NCBI GenBank assembly: GCA_032718475.1
Contig: JAUCBJ010005512.1
Coordinates: 1 to 64,000, forward strand
Source of the DNA: Nemertoderma westbladi
Lineage: Eukaryota; Animalia; Xenacoelomorpha
Direction of reading: 5' to 3'
DNA length: 64,000 bases
The notes below the pieces were generated by a model. The model saw only the letters and a list, made by a program, of their open reading frames with translations, made no database searches and was not told the origin of the DNA. Shown piece after piece: positions 1 through 14,138 of this stretch (position 1 is the stretch's first letter; the number at the start of each line of letters is the position of its first letter). The translations under genes and the position numbers were made by a program.

Positions 1-3000
1 TGAAACATTGAGAAGGTAGATCCACCTTCCCTCTGTTGATTAAAAGTGGAACGGTCTCGATCCGATATATAGTAACAGAGCTAGAGCGCTTACGAAATTG
101 GCTCAAATGGCCCAAAATTGGCGCAGTAATGTCTACGACTTGCCCATAGCCGACCACTGTATGCCTTTTGGCTGAAATTTTCAGAGAACATGCCCACAGT
201 ATAGGCGCGTTTGTAGTATAAGTTTCAACCCCATAGGCCTAAAGCTCTATGAGCTAGGGGCTGCGGAATGTCGAAAAATAGCGTTTTTGATAATTTTTCT
301 GGGAAAAATGGATTCATTTAAAAATGGCCAATTTTTGAAATCTGAAATTTTGATAGAATGTGCATCATTTATATAGCTAGAAAAAACCCACACGACATTG
401 CGTGGTTTGTATTTGATTTTTTCGAGAAAATTGAGCCCGAATGAAAAAAAACGTGATTTTTTCAAAATTTTCAATGTTTGACCTTTGACCTTTGACCCTT
501 AAAGGTGGAATTTTTCAAAAAACGAAGCTCAACTTTTCTAACGGGCGGGATGTCTGTACGCACGCAAAATTTCAGCTTCCGAGCTTTATCCCTTCTGGGT
601 GCTAGTACGAACTCCGCCGCCAATCCTATATATAGAAACCTGTACAGGGGAAGGTTGGCTTCCTGACTGCGGAAGCCAACAGGTTTACTCTTTATTTTTT
701 TACTTTCTGAGAGTCCGCATATCCAACGAGGGGGCGGATGCTAGGAGGGAGAGAGAAGAGAGAGAGAGAGTATGGGAGGGGGTGGGGTGGAGTGGAATGT
801 CAATGGGAAGAGTGGGGAGAAATAAAAGATTGATTGAATTGAGAGATCAATGCTAACTGACATATGGGGAGTGTGAAGATATACTATCGCACAAATATAA
901 TATAAATGCAAGGATATAAAGTAAATAAAATAGTAGATGAATTTATGAAATCTTCATAGAGAACCCACCATCCCTCCCGAATAAGTTAGGATATCATGAT
1001 ATTATAAAACATTATATAACACCCTAATTCATTACCCATTGATTATAACCCCTATCTCTGCACAAACACAAATGCAGATTAAATAATAATTTAAATAACA
1101 ATTGTTTTTATAAATAATAAATTATATAAATAAAGTACCAGTGTATGAACTGAACAATGCATATTAAACTCAAATATAAACAATTAAAGTATTAAATAGG
1201 GAACAACCCATCAAACACAAGATACGATATTCAATTCAAATATAAATAATAATGAATTTTAACAACAAATATTGTAGGCACTTTATATAAACAAAAAGTT
1301 AGCAATATTAAAAGTTTAATTATACTACCTTCAGTACCTTGTAACATAATAGTATTTGATGCATACGAAATAGCCAGCCACCCACAGTTGATCTCTCAGC
1401 AATAAAATGTTAGGCAGCCAGGCTGCGGGGGGGGGGGGGGGGGGGGGGCAACTAAAGAGTTGTCATTTGCGCCCCAACGCACATCAACACAAGTGTTGAT
1501 GAGCGTTGGGGATAGTTATTTTACATAATTGAATAAATATACTCGGTTAATTTTATTATAAAAGAACTTGACAGTATTTGCCCTTGTAGTTTATCACAAA
1601 ATTTCAACATTACGAAATATTGATAACTTAACAACTTGCTGTTAATACAAATGGTGCGTTGTATATAATGTGTAATGTTGTCATAATGATTGTAACAATT
1701 TTGTAATAAAATATCAGAATGACAACGATTGCAAATTTGCGAAATTAACTGAACAAATACACTAGAATATTCTCAATAAAAAATACAATATATTTGAATA
1801 ATTATAAACAAATAATAAATAACGCAGGGAATGGAAGTAATCAATAGAGGCCTATTATTAAATAAAATCCCCAAAGCTCGGATCCCACCAAATGCGTGCA
1901 GAGTACCAAAATACAACCATAAATCAGTGCGGGGTACATCTGAGTTCCTGGGTGACTAATTCAACTGAATCCCATTGCGGTACAATTCTTCTAGACTAAC
2001 GGGAAGCTTTCCGTTTATTTCGCACATGCTTTAACTCACAATGAACTGCTCTGGACTTGCCACTCACAGCCGTAACAACATGTGGGTTTACAGGATTTAT
2101 ATATCTACCCTTTAACATCAAGGCGAACCCGGTCATATGTGACAGTAAGTAAACTTACTGGCTGAATGGGTTGAATGAACTGCGCGGCACTTTACGAAAG
2201 CAAAATCCGTGACACATAATATCAGCGGTTTGTACCTAACTAAATGATACATAACAGCTTTGGTACACCCATTATTCGTCAAACCCCAAATCGCTTTAAT
2301 GAATTTAATTCTACCCACATGAACAAATGCTGAAATGGTGGCGATTCTGGACCACAATAAAAAAATAAACCAAATAAATATAAACAAATCCTGAATCAAA
2401 TACGGTTGCTGGGTATACAGTGTTCAGCCTACCTGTCTGGTATGTAGGCCTATCCATTAGGCAGTATTTATGCTCAGATAATTCATTAGGCCTATATTAT
2501 TATTAATTAACTTAGTCAGTTAGTAAATGTATTTAAATTCGTCACCAACTGACTCTCCCAATGTCACCATGTATCTCTGCCTATACCGGGTTGAATTCTG
2601 GGCTACTACTGGCAGTCAAGAAAGGTTGGTTGGTACGTGGTTGGTTTAGCCTTCACCACAACCCCAAGGGCATAATTATTCAGTATATCTCCATAGCAAC
2701 CAACAATAACTCCAACATGTCCAGGAACTATCAGTGTTACCCACCCCACTCCCTCCCTTCCCTGGCTTCTGTGTGATAAGGTTAATGACCAGGCATGTAA
2801 TGACATTAGATGTGCGTCCCCATTAAAACGCTTATAACTCATGAAGAATAATAGATATAATGACGGTATATAGCTCAAACGATTCGTATTGAACGCGCGC
2901 ATCTACTAATACCAAATAGAAGATGATACGATAAGGAATAACCGATCTGGAAATAGATTAATAAATTTAAAAAAAATTTCATTAAAAATACGGTTTTTAA

Positions 3001-6000
3001 AGTGCTCTAAATTTTTTTTGGTTGGGCGAAATCGAAAACGGTTTCGAAATTTGGAATCAGCGCATCAATATTTACCAGAAAAAGTGTTTTCGGGCAAAAA
3101 AATTTTTTTTGCGCAAATCGCCAAAAATTGACAAATCTCGTAAGGGGGGGTAGCACCGTGATTTTTGGCCAAAAATAAAAAACGCTGAAATTTGGTGAAA
3201 AGTTGCGCAAGAATAAATGGTATAATAAGTTATTGGACCATTTTCGATAAAAACCACTTTTGGCCAATTTATGGCCAATTTAGTAAAAAAAATTGGCCCT
3301 TTTTTAAAAAGGTTTGTCCCCCCTATGGCCCCTGAAGATTAATTTTTTTTATAAAACAATGTATAGTGGATTTGTAGAACTCAAAAAATCAGACAGGCTT
3401 CATTTTTTTTTTGGAGCGCCTAGACCAAGGGTTCTCGAGATATTGGCTCCCGAAAATTTGCGTTTTTACAAAAAAACGGAATTTTTGACGGACAAAAATT
3501 TCCGTCGTCTACTTACTCACAGAAGGAAGGTCTTTTAGTCTTAACGTTCTCTACGTATGTTATAGAGCTTGAGTAGCTCTATAATATATTAAAGTTTCAA
3601 AAGAAAAAAATGAACAAATTTTGAAAAAATTAATTTTCCCCAAAGTGGTTTTTTCAGATTTTCCGATTTTCCCCCTTTTTTCCCCCCATTTTCCCCCTCT
3701 AAAATTGACCAAGGTCAGGATCTGAAACATTGAGAAGGTAGATCCACCTTCCCTCTGTTGATTAAAAGTAGAACGGTCTCGATCCGATATATAGCAACAG
3801 AGCTAGAGCGCTTACAAAATTGGCTCAAATGGCCCAAAATTGGCGCAGTAATGTCTACGACTTGCCCATAGCCGACCACTGTATGCCTTTTGGCTGAAAT
3901 TTTCAGAGAACATGCCCACAGTATAGGCGCGTTTGTAGTATAAGTTTCAACCCCATAGGCCTAAAGCTCTATGAGCTAGGGGCTGCGGAATGTCGAAAAT
4001 TAGCGTTTTTGATAATTTTTCTGGGAAAAATGGATTCATTTAAAAATGGCCAATTTTTGAAATCTGAAATTTTGATAGAATGTGCATCGTTTATATAGCT
4101 AGAAAAAACCCACACGACATTGCGTGGTTTGTATTTGATTTTTTCGAGAAAATTGAGCCGGAATGAAAAAAAACGTGATTTTTTCAAAATTTTCAATGTT
4201 TGACCTTTGACCTTTGACCCTTAAAGGTGGAATTTTTCAAAAAACGAAGCTCAACTTTTCTAACGAGCGGGATGTCTGTCAGCACGCAAAATTTCAGCTT
4301 CCGAGGTTTATCCCTTCTGGGTGCTAGTACGAACTCCGCCGACAATCCTATATATAGAAACCTGTACAGGGGAAGGTTGGCTTCCTGACTGCGGAAGCCA
4401 ACAGGTTTACTCTTTATTTTTTTACTTTCTGAGAGTCCGCATATCCAACGAGGGAGCGGATGCTAGGAGGGGGAGAGAAGAGAGAGAGAGAGGGGATAAA
4501 AGAGGGGGGTAGAGTTAGGGAATATGAAGGTTTTACAAAATGACTGACAGGTGTGTAGGTACACTGTACGATGTTGTAATATTATTCAAGAATGTAAATA
4601 GAATATTAAGTCTAGATTTTTTATGAACTTCTGAAGTCTCCATAGTAAACCCGCCATCCCTCCCAAATTACAATAATATATTGTATTTTACATAATTGTT
4701 TGTCGTCTTATTCCTTGACCTATTGACTACAAGCCCTGTTAACCCCCTATCTTATCCACATATAATAAATTATTGTATGAATAATATTCAATTGTTATAA
4801 GAAATTTGGGTACCCACATAATAAGCATGAATGGACAGGGTCATACTGGGGAAGGGGGGGGGGGGGGGGGTAATAAACATATTATATTTTATAGCCCCAA
4901 TCCCATCAACACAAGTGTTGATGAGGATTGGGGAGAAACACTTTCTATATAAGAATAAATATAGTTTATCTTTGCACTTTTCAGTTTCGTGTCCACCTCC
5001 AGTTTCATAGCCAACCTGGAATTAGGTGCTTCTAACATATTTATGTATAATAGGTACAATTCCATCATAATGTACCTAAAACATCTTAAAATATGTTTAT
5101 GCATCTACTAATACCAAATTCAAGTTGATACAATAAGATTTACAAGATTTGAAAAAATTAAAAAAAAAATTTTTTTTATCATATATTTGAAATTCCAGAA
5201 TTGAAAATGCTCTAATTTTTTTTCTATTGATTTTAATCGAAAACGGTTTCGAAATTTGGAATCAGCGCATCAATATTTACCAGAAAAAGTGTTTTCGGGC
5301 AAAAAATTTTTTTTGCGCAAATCGCCAAAAATTGACAAATCTCGTAAGGGGGGTTAGCACCGTGATTTTTGGCCAAAAATAAAAAACGCTGAAATTTGGT
5401 GAAAAGTTGCGCAAGAATAAATGGTATAATAAGTTATTGGACCATTTTCGATAAAAACCACTTTTGGCCAATTTATGGCCAATTTAGTAAAAAAAATTGG
5501 CCCTTTTTTAAAAAAGTTTGTCCCCCCTATGGCCCCTGAAGATACATTTTTTTTATAAAACAATGTATAGTGGATTTGTAGAACTCAAAAAATCAGACAG
5601 GCTTCATTTTTTTTTTGGAGCCCCTAGACCAAGGGTTCTCGAGATATTGGCTTCCGAAAATTTGCGTTTTTTGAAAAAAACAGAATTTTTGGTGGATAAA
5701 AATTTCCGTCGTCCATTTACTCCAAAGTAGTAGATTTTTGGGCTTAACTTTCTGTCTACGGAAGATAGCTATTGAGTAGTACTAAAACATGTTAAAGTTT
5801 AAAAAAAAAATAAACAGAGAATTTTGAGAAAATTAATTTTCCCCAAAGTGGTTTTTTCCGATTTTCCGATTTCCCCCCTTTTTTCCCCCCATTTTCCCCC
5901 TCTAAAATTGACCAAGGTCAGGATCTGAAACATTGAAAAGGTAGATCCACCTTCCCTCTGTTGATTAAAAGTGGAACGGTCTCGATCCCATATATAGCAA

Positions 6001-9000
6001 CAGAGCTAGAGCGCTTACGAAATTGGCTCAAATGGCCCAAAATTGGCGCCATAATGTCTACGACTTGCCCATAGCCGAGCACTGAATGCCTTTTGGCTGA
6101 AATTTTCAGAGAACATGCCCACAGTAGAGGCGCGTTTGTAGTACAAGTTTCAACCCCATAGGCCTGAAGCTCTATGAGCTAGGGGCTGCGGAATGTCGAA
6201 AAATAGCGTTTTTTGATAATTTTTCTGGGAAAAATGGATTCATTTAAAAATGGCCAATTTTTGAAATCTGAAATTTTGATAGAATGTGCATCATTTATAT
6301 AGCTAGAAAAAACCCACACGACATTGCGTGGTTTGTATTTGATTTTTTCGAGAAAATTGAGCCGGAATGAAAAAAAACGTGATTTTTTAAAAATTTTCAA
6401 TGTTTGACCTTTGACCTTTGACCCTTAAATGTGGAATTTTTTAAAAAACGAAGCTCAACTTTTCTAACGGGCGGGATGTCTGTCCGCACGCAAAATTTCA
6501 GCTTCCGAGCTTTATCCCTTCTGGGTGCTAGTACGAACTCCGCCGCCAATCCTATATATAGAAACCTGTACAGGGGAAGGTTGGCTTCCTGACTGCGGAA
6601 GCCAACAGGTTTACTCTTTATTTTTTTACTTTCTGGAGATCCGCATATCCAACGAGGGGGCGGATGCTAGGAGGGGGAGAGAAGAGAGAGAGAGAGTATG
6701 GGAGGGGGTGGGGTGGAGTGGAATGTCAATGGGAAGAGTGGGGAGAAATAAAAGATTGATTGAATTGAGAGATCAATGCTAACTGACATATGGGGAGTGT
6801 GAAGATATACTATCGCACAAATATAATATAATGCAAGGATATAAAGTAAATAAAATAGTAGATGAATTTATGAAATCTTCATAGAGAACCCACCATCCCT
6901 CCCGAATAAGTTAGGATATCATGATATTATAAAACATTATATAACACCCTAATTCATTACCCATTGATTATAACCCCTATCTCTGCACAAACACAAATGC
7001 AGATTAAATAATAATTTAAATGACAATTGTTTTTATAAATAATAAATTATATAAATAAAGTACCAGTGTATGAACTGAACAATGCATATTAAACTCAAAT
7101 ATAAACAATTAAAGTATTAAATAGGGAACAACCCATCAAACACAAGATACGATATTCAATTCAAATATAAATAATGATGAATTTTAACCACAAATATTGT
7201 AGGCACTTTATATAAACAAAAAGTTATCAACATTAAAAGTTTAATTATACTATCTTCAGTACCTTGTAACATAATAGTATTTGATGCATACGAAATAGCC
7301 AGCCACCCACAGTTGATCTCTCAGCAATAAAATGTTAGGCAGCCAGGCTGCGGGGGGGGGGGGGGGGGGGGGCAACTAAAGAGTTGTCATTTGCGCCCCA
7401 ACGCACATCAACACAAGTGTTGATGAGCGTTGGGGATAGTTATTTTACATAATTGAATAAATATACACGGTTAATTTTATTATAAAAGAACTTGACAGTA
7501 TTTGCCCTTGTAGTTTATCACAAAATTTCAACATTACGAAATATTGATAACTTAACAACTTGCTGTTAATACAAATGGTGCGTTGTATATAATGTGTAAT
7601 GTTGTCATAATAATGTAACAATTTTGTAATAAAATATCAGAATGACAACGATTGCAAATTTGCGAAATTAACTGAACAAATACACTAGAATATTCTCAAT
7701 AAAAAATACAATATATTTGAATAATTATAAACAAATAATAAATAACGCAGGGAATGGAAGTAATCAATAGAGGCCTATTATTAAATAAAATCCCCAAAGC
7801 TCGGATCCCACCAAATGCGTGCAGAGTACCAAAATACAACCATAAATCAGTGCGGGGTACATCTGAGTTCCTGGGTGACTAATTCAACTGAATCCCATTG
7901 CGGTACCATTCTTCTAGACTAACGGGAAGCTTTCCGTTTATCTCGCACATGCTCTAACTCACCATGAACTGCTCTGGACTTGCCACTCACAGCCGTAACA
8001 ACATGTGGGTTTACAGGATTTATATATCTACCCTTTAACATCAAGGCGAACCCGGTCATATGTGACAGTAAGTAAACTTACTGGCTGAATGGGTTGAATG
8101 AACTGCGCGGCACTTTACGAAAGCAAAATCCATGACACAGAATATCAGCGGTTTGTACCTAACTAAATGATACATAACAGCTTTGGTACACCCATTATTC
8201 GTCAAACCCCAAATCGCTTTAATGATAACATCTACCCACACTACCAAATGCTGAAATGGTGGCGATTCTGGACCACAATAAAAAAATAAACCAAATAAAT
8301 ATAAACAAATCCTGAATCAAATACGGTTGCTGGGTATACAGTGTTCAGCCTACCTGTCTGGTATGTAGGCCTATCCATTAGCCATTATTTATGCTCAGAT
8401 AATACATTAGGCTATGCCTATATTATTATTAATTAACTTAGTCAGTTAGTAAATGTATTTAAATTCGTCACCAACTTACTCTCCCAATGTCTACGTGTAT
8501 CTCTGCCTATACAGGGTTGAATGCTGGGCTACTACTGGCAGTCAGGAAAGGTTGGTTGGTACCTGGTTGGTTTAGCCTTCACCACAACCCCAAGGGCATA
8601 ATATTCAGTATATCTCCATAGCAACCAACAATAACACCAGCATGTCCAGGAACTATCAGTGTTCCCCACCCCACTCCCTCCCTTCCCTGGCTTCTGTGTG
8701 GTAAGGTTAATGACCAGGCATGTAATAACATTAGATGTGCGTCCCTATTAAAACGCTTATAACTCATGAAGAATAGTAGATACAATGATGTTATATGGCT
8801 CAAACGACTCGTATTGAACGCGCGGATCTAATAATACCAAATAGAAGATGATACGATAAGGAATAACCGATCTGGAAATTGATTAATAATATAAAAAAGA
8901 ATTTCCATTAAAAATACGGTTTTTAAAGTGCTCTAAAATTTTTTTGGTTGGGCGAAATCGAAAACGGTTTCGAAATTTGGAATTAGCGCATCAATATTAC

Positions 9001-10375
9001 CCAGAAAAAGTGTTTTCGGGCAAAAAATTTTTTTTTGCGCAAATCGTCAAAAATTGATAAATCTCGTAAGGGGGGACCGCACCGTGATTTTTGGCCAAAA
9101 ATAAAAAACGCTGAAATTTGGTGAAAAGTTGCGCAAGAATAAATGGTATAATAAGTTATTGGACCATTTTCGATAAAAACCACTTTTGGCCAATTTATGG
9201 CCAATTTAGTAAAAAAAATAGGCCCTTTTTTAAAAAAGTTTGTCCCCCCTATGGCCCCTGAAGATTAATTTTTTTTATAAAACAATGTATAGTGGATTTG
9301 TAGAACTCAAAAAATCAGACAGGCTTCATTTTTTTTTTGGAGCCCCTAGACCAAGGGTTCTCGAGATATTGACTTCCGAAAATTTGCGTTTTTTGAAAAA
9401 AACTGAATTTTTGGTGGACAAAAATTTCCGTCATCCATTTACTCCAACAAAAATAGATTTCTGTGCTTAACTTTCTGTCTACAAAAGGTAGCTATTGAGT
9501 AGTACTAAAACATGTTAAAGTTTAAAAAAAAAATAAACAGAGAATTTTGAGAAAATTAATTTTCCCCAAAGTGGTTTTTTCCGATTTTGCAATTTTCCAC
9601 CTTTTGTCCACCCTTTTTCCCCCCCTAAAATTGAACGAGGTCCGGATCTGAAATATTGAGCAGGTAGATCCACCTTCCCTCTATTGATTAAAAGTGGAAC
9701 GGTCTCGATCCGATACATAGTAACAGAGCTAGAGCGCTTACAAAATTGGCTCAAATGGCCCAAAATTGGCGCAGTAATGTCTACGACTTGCCCATAGCCG
9801 ACCACTGTATGCCTTTTGGCTGAAATTTTCAGAGAACATGCCCACAGTATAGGCGCGTTTGTAGTATAAGTTTCGACCCCATAGGCCTAAAGCTCTACGA
9901 GCTAGGGGCTGCGGAATGTCGAAAAATAGCGTTTTTGATAATTTTTCTGGGAAAAATGGATTCATTTAAAAATGGCCAATTTTTGAAATCTGAAATTTTG
10001 ATAGAATGTGCATCATTTATATAGCTAGAAAAAACCCACACGACATTGCGTGGTTTGTATTTGATTTTTTCGAGAAAATTGAGCCGGAATGAAAAAAAAC
10101 GTGATTTTTTCAAAATTTTCAATGTTTGACCTTTGACCTTTGACCCTTAAAGGTGGAATTTTTCAAAAAACGAAGCTCAACTTTTCTAACGGGCGGGATG
10201 TCTGTACGCACGCAAAATTTCAGCTTCCGAGCTTTATCCCTTCTGGGTGCTAGTACGAACTCCGCCGACAATCCTATATATAGAAACCTGTACAGGGGAA
10301 GGTTGGCTTCCTGACTGCGGAAGCCAACAGGTTTACTCTTTATTTTTTTACTTTCTGAGAGTCCGCATATCCAAC
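1..10375 (-). repeat. Head-to-tail array of a Helentron/HINE (DINE-1-like) non-autonomous element: conserved ~1.45 kb core (1-770 partial, ~3030-4490, ~5236-6700, ~8956-10375) alternating with a long spacer A and a short spacer B
   Basis: Near-identical cores recur at offsets of 3722 and ~2204 (dimer period 5926). The minus strand shows aaacctg..caggttt inverted repeats around the hairpin gttggcttcc/ggaagccaac, plus gataaagctcggaagctgaaatttt and (ggtcaaa)n motifs resembling HINEs. The repeat is directly seen; the Helentron assignment is inference. Confidence 0.65.
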
Positions 10376-10540
10376 TAGCCAAGTTGCTCTAAAAGTTGCC
10401 GGCCAAGTTGCCGGCCAAGTTGCCGGCCAAGTTGCTGGTAAAGTTGCCACGTGTAAACAGCGATTAAATTAAGTTGCTCCAAAAAAAGTTGCTAGTTGCC
10501 GAGAAAGTTGCTCTAAAAGTTGCCACGTGTAAACAGGCCT
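10376..10540. mobile_element. Truncated MITE end with internal (aagttgccggcc)n repeats, possibly Harbinger/Tourist-like
   Basis: Short tandem aagttgc repeats end in gtgtaaacaggcct followed by taa; only one terminus is visible. Confidence 0.4.
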
Positions 10541-10969
10541 TAATTGAAATTTGCATCGCTTCTACCCCTACATACACACACACCCCCCACACCCACATAC
10601 ACGTACACATGTTTTAAAAATTTGTATTGCATTTAAAACGCTTTTCAGATAGTTCTAAAACAACGTGTTTAAAAGTCCACTATCTATTTTTCCTTTTGAG
10701 ACGAAAAGTGAGGGGGAGATGTCATGGCGAGATATCGCCTTGGATGAATAGTCCGGGACTAGAGTCCAGGACGAAAGTACTACTATAATCGGCCTACTGC
10801 ATTGAAGCTACACATTGAGATGCTATGCTGGCTTGACAAACATATTGTGGCCACCACCAAGCAATCCGCAATTGGTATGCCCCAATGCGGCGTTCATTAA
10901 GAATGCTCTGCCGGCTCATCAACAAAATTGCACAACCACAACTATCTAATCCCTTGACTTTTGCGAGAT

Positions 10970-12150
10970 TATCCGCATTTTCAAGGCCAGTGTCCTTTAG
11001 GAGGCGTCTCCTGAGTGTCCGTCTCCTGAATGAGCTGTCCACCATGCTTATTTTCTCCATGGGGGTGACAATGCACAAGATTGTGTGCAGGCTGATCCTC
11101 ACGGCGAAAGCAATGTCCTGCAAAGTAGAGGCGGCTTTGTTCAAGTGTCAAGCTTGGTGGAACCAATGAGACACCTCTCCGATATTATAAAGTTTCTGAT
11201 GTGTGACTTGTACTTGATATAGTGAACCCGACGTAGCATTCTTGTAATTGTGCCATCCATAGATTTGGTGTCCTCAGCAGTTAGAGCCCAGCATGTACTC
11301 CCATAGAGGAGTACTGGTACTACTGCTGCTCTAAATTATCGGACCTTAAGTTTCCGATGTATTCTGTGTGACTTCCAAATCTTGGAAAGGCCATTCAATG
11401 CTGCCCATCATGCATTTCCCTTACGTATTCGAAGTTCCTCACTGGACTTCCGGATCCACGATCCCAGCTAACAGAAGTCGTCCACATATTCAAGCATACA
11501 GTAGGCCCCACCATCCTTTGAGCTCATGCTCATACTATCAAATATTTCCTGATGACTTTCAAAGTTGGCTGTCAAAATGTTGGCCTTCTTGGAGTTAATA
11601 AAAAGACTAATATTAGAAGTAGCCTGTTCTAATGCGCTGAAGAGCCGTTGGGCTCCCTCTAGTGATTCTGAGAGTATACCCCTTCTCCTAAGTCATCAGC
11701 AAAGTGGCAGGATTTCCTCGACTTCTGGAGCCAGTTGCTGGAGTTACCATCACCCCATCATCATTATGATGATCTAAGGACATGCGTAGAACATAGTCAA
11801 CCACAATTATTAATAAGAATGGTGCAACTGTATCTCCCTGGAAGACACCCCATAACACTTATAATGGTTCAGTGTCACCGTCAACAGTAGACACACGCTC
11901 GTGGGGTCTTCGCGCAGCAGGAAGTGAGCAAAGCCTTAGCATATAGGGGCCCCAAACGAGTTGTCTGTCGTTAGTCAGAAGTCGTCAACACAATACTCGT
12001 CTCGCTATATTTGCCTCGACAGCTAGGAGTCTCTCTTTCTTTTTTGATAACTTTTCAATTATCCTTCTAAGTGCCAAAATGGGCTCCATGGTCCCACGAC
12101 CTTAGTGGAACCCATTCTGAGTAAATATCTCCGAATGGGATGCCTGATGC
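10970..12150 (-). mobile_element. Degenerate RTE-like non-LTR retrotransposon (RT and C-terminal remnant)
   Basis: Minus-strand fragments ILALRRIIE, GVFQGDTVAPFL and RLYFAGHCFRREDQPAHNLV match the LINE at 17945-19666; many stops and frameshifts. Confidence 0.8.
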
Positions 12151-13361
12151 AATTTAAACTAATTATATTTTATTTATTTGTATGGAATTAAATTCGCACT
12201 GGCAAATCGCCAGGGCGACATATTTTCTAACTTTATATCGCAGTGCAACTTTATTTCTCAGTATGTCCCTACGCCATACATTTTACTATGTATTTCCAGT
12301 ATGTCACCGCGTCAATAATAGGTTGTTCTAGAAAGTTTAAGTGCATAACTACAAATAATTCCCCACAAATAAATACAATTAGATTCGCCATGATCATAGA
12401 TTTGTTCTTAATTAGCCCTTTAAAGCTTTTACGGCCCTCGTTCAATTATTTCAGTCGCTGTCGCTCGGGAAACAAAACCACCCGTGCCGTAATCCTATAA
12501 AGAGCTATTTTATGAACAATAACGTACTGTATATAGTTAGTATAGTATAGCTTTAAAGCAATCGAGATCAACGAGATTCCCCGAAAATATTCATAGAGTG
12601 TTATGTTGACTTTCTTGTAAACTGGCACCAACTTAATGTTTTTATTTCTTGTTGGATTTCTGTAGGTAGGTTCTTGCCCAGGTCACCGGTGGTGGTATCA
12701 TTAGATAAAGAGTTTGTTTAGTTTGCTGGACATATGTCTAAGTGACCAAATGGAATCAAAAGAAAAAGATGTTACGATATGGGTATATTTCGGGCAACAT
12801 CCCTTTATCAACTTGCGACAAAATTATCAAAAGAAAAAGATGTTACGATATGAGTATATTTCGGGCAACAGCCCTTTATCAACTCACGACAAAATGCGTT
12901 CTTGTTGGACTTTCGTTCTGAACGTACCGTACATGTCTATTGTCTATTAAGATGGGGACGAAAAGTCCGGGAAGAAAAGTCCGGGCGAAAAGTCAGGGAT
13001 GAATCATATTCCCAAGCCTACCTTTTGTTTGGTTTGAACAGTATATTTATGTATAGTATATAGTATACAGTATATACAGTATATTTATGTATAGTATATA
13101 GTATATATACAGTATATTATGCAAATATCCGTATAATTTCCGTAAATAAACATATTTAATCCGCATAATATAATTTATAGATTTGTTTGGCATTAAGAAG
13201 GTAATAACTAAAGAGTACAATATTAGGGTAGTTTGATTGCGTATGTAATGTACAGTGGACTATGAGTTTATGAATACATTATAGCTACTCAGTATCTATG
13301 TTTATCCATTTATTCAATAATTACAACTTCATCACTATTCCACACTTTTGATATCATAACG

Positions 13362-14138
13362 TCACATTCCCTTGGATTTAAACGCGTTGACAATTTGTGG
13401 GAGATACACAACGCCTTTAAACTTCTTTTTCCTCTCTTTGGGTTTTTTACGGAGAGTTTTAAGAAAGCTCCAAGAATACCGGCCCTTATTCCAGGCATTG
13501 TAGGCCGCGTCATCGAGTTTAGTGTCTACCTCGGGAATCTCAAGATGAGCGTAATCCTTCGGCATTGGCGAAATAACGAAGGTGATTGGACAGGACAAAT
13601 CCTGGGGGTCTGGATACGGACCAACTCGCGTGGGTCCCAGACTGTACGGACCGTCCACAGTATGGAGTTGTTGATTGTCAGAAGACATTCGGACTGGTTT
13701 CAACATCGCCAGGGGGATTTTTAAAGAGTCGTTATGGTTTTCTATTAATGGATTGTTTTCCTGTTCATCGATTAGTGATGTTTTCATAAGAACCTGACAT
13801 TTATTTTTCCAGTCTTTCATTAATATCTCTCTGGCTTTGTATACTTCATTTGTATGGGAGTCAGAGGATTCTGTTCGGTTTGATTCTGTACTGTAATTGA
13901 GTCTATTATTGGCCCTTAGACTTTCAATCTGGGTTCGGTATGTAATTGGTTTATTTAGTTTCATTCCATTCACTTGTTTGCCAGCCGGTTCTATGGAACA
14001 AGAATAATCAATAGATTGCTGCATTTCGTAAGACTTGTTTAGATTTGCTATCTTTAGGCCACCATATTGGAAGTCATTATTCATATAAGGCGAATACATC
14101 GGCGAATTGAGCAGGTCATTTTCGTTTAAACTCATTAC
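13362..14138 (-). CDS. Uncharacterised host gene, exon 2 (terminal coding exon)
   Basis: 777-nt open frame starts at acceptor ttgcag|GTA in phase 0, matching the exon 1 donor. A minus-strand AATAAA lies ~50 nt past the stop (~13310). Confidence 0.75.
   Translation of the reverse strand, partial: VMSLNENDLLNSPMYSPYMNNDFQYGGLKIANLNKSYEMQQSIDYSCSIEPAGKQVNGMKLNKPITYRTQIESLRANNRLNYSTESNRTESSDSHTNEVYKAREILMKDWKNKCQVLMKTSLIDEQENNPLIENHNDSLKIPLAMLKPVRMSSDNQQLHTVDGPYSLGPTRVGPYPDPQDLSCPITFVISPMPKDYAHLEIPEVDTKLDDAAYNAWNKGRYSWSFLKTLRKKPKERKKKFKGVVYLPQIVNAFKSKGM

Noticed and set aside
1426-1520. Mitochondrial control-region insertion (G run plus stem-loop)
   Set aside because: No adjacent mitochondrial tRNA, rRNA or gene sequence; the motif is part of the tandem element.
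10375-10378. Canonical Helitron 3' CTAG end on the plus strand
   Set aside because: Not followed by T, no hairpin at the usual distance, and the bases can belong to the adjacent MITE fragment.
247-10382. Short ORFs repeated in the left array
   Set aside because: Phe/Lys-biased translations of AT-rich repeat DNA, with frame-breaking indels between copies.
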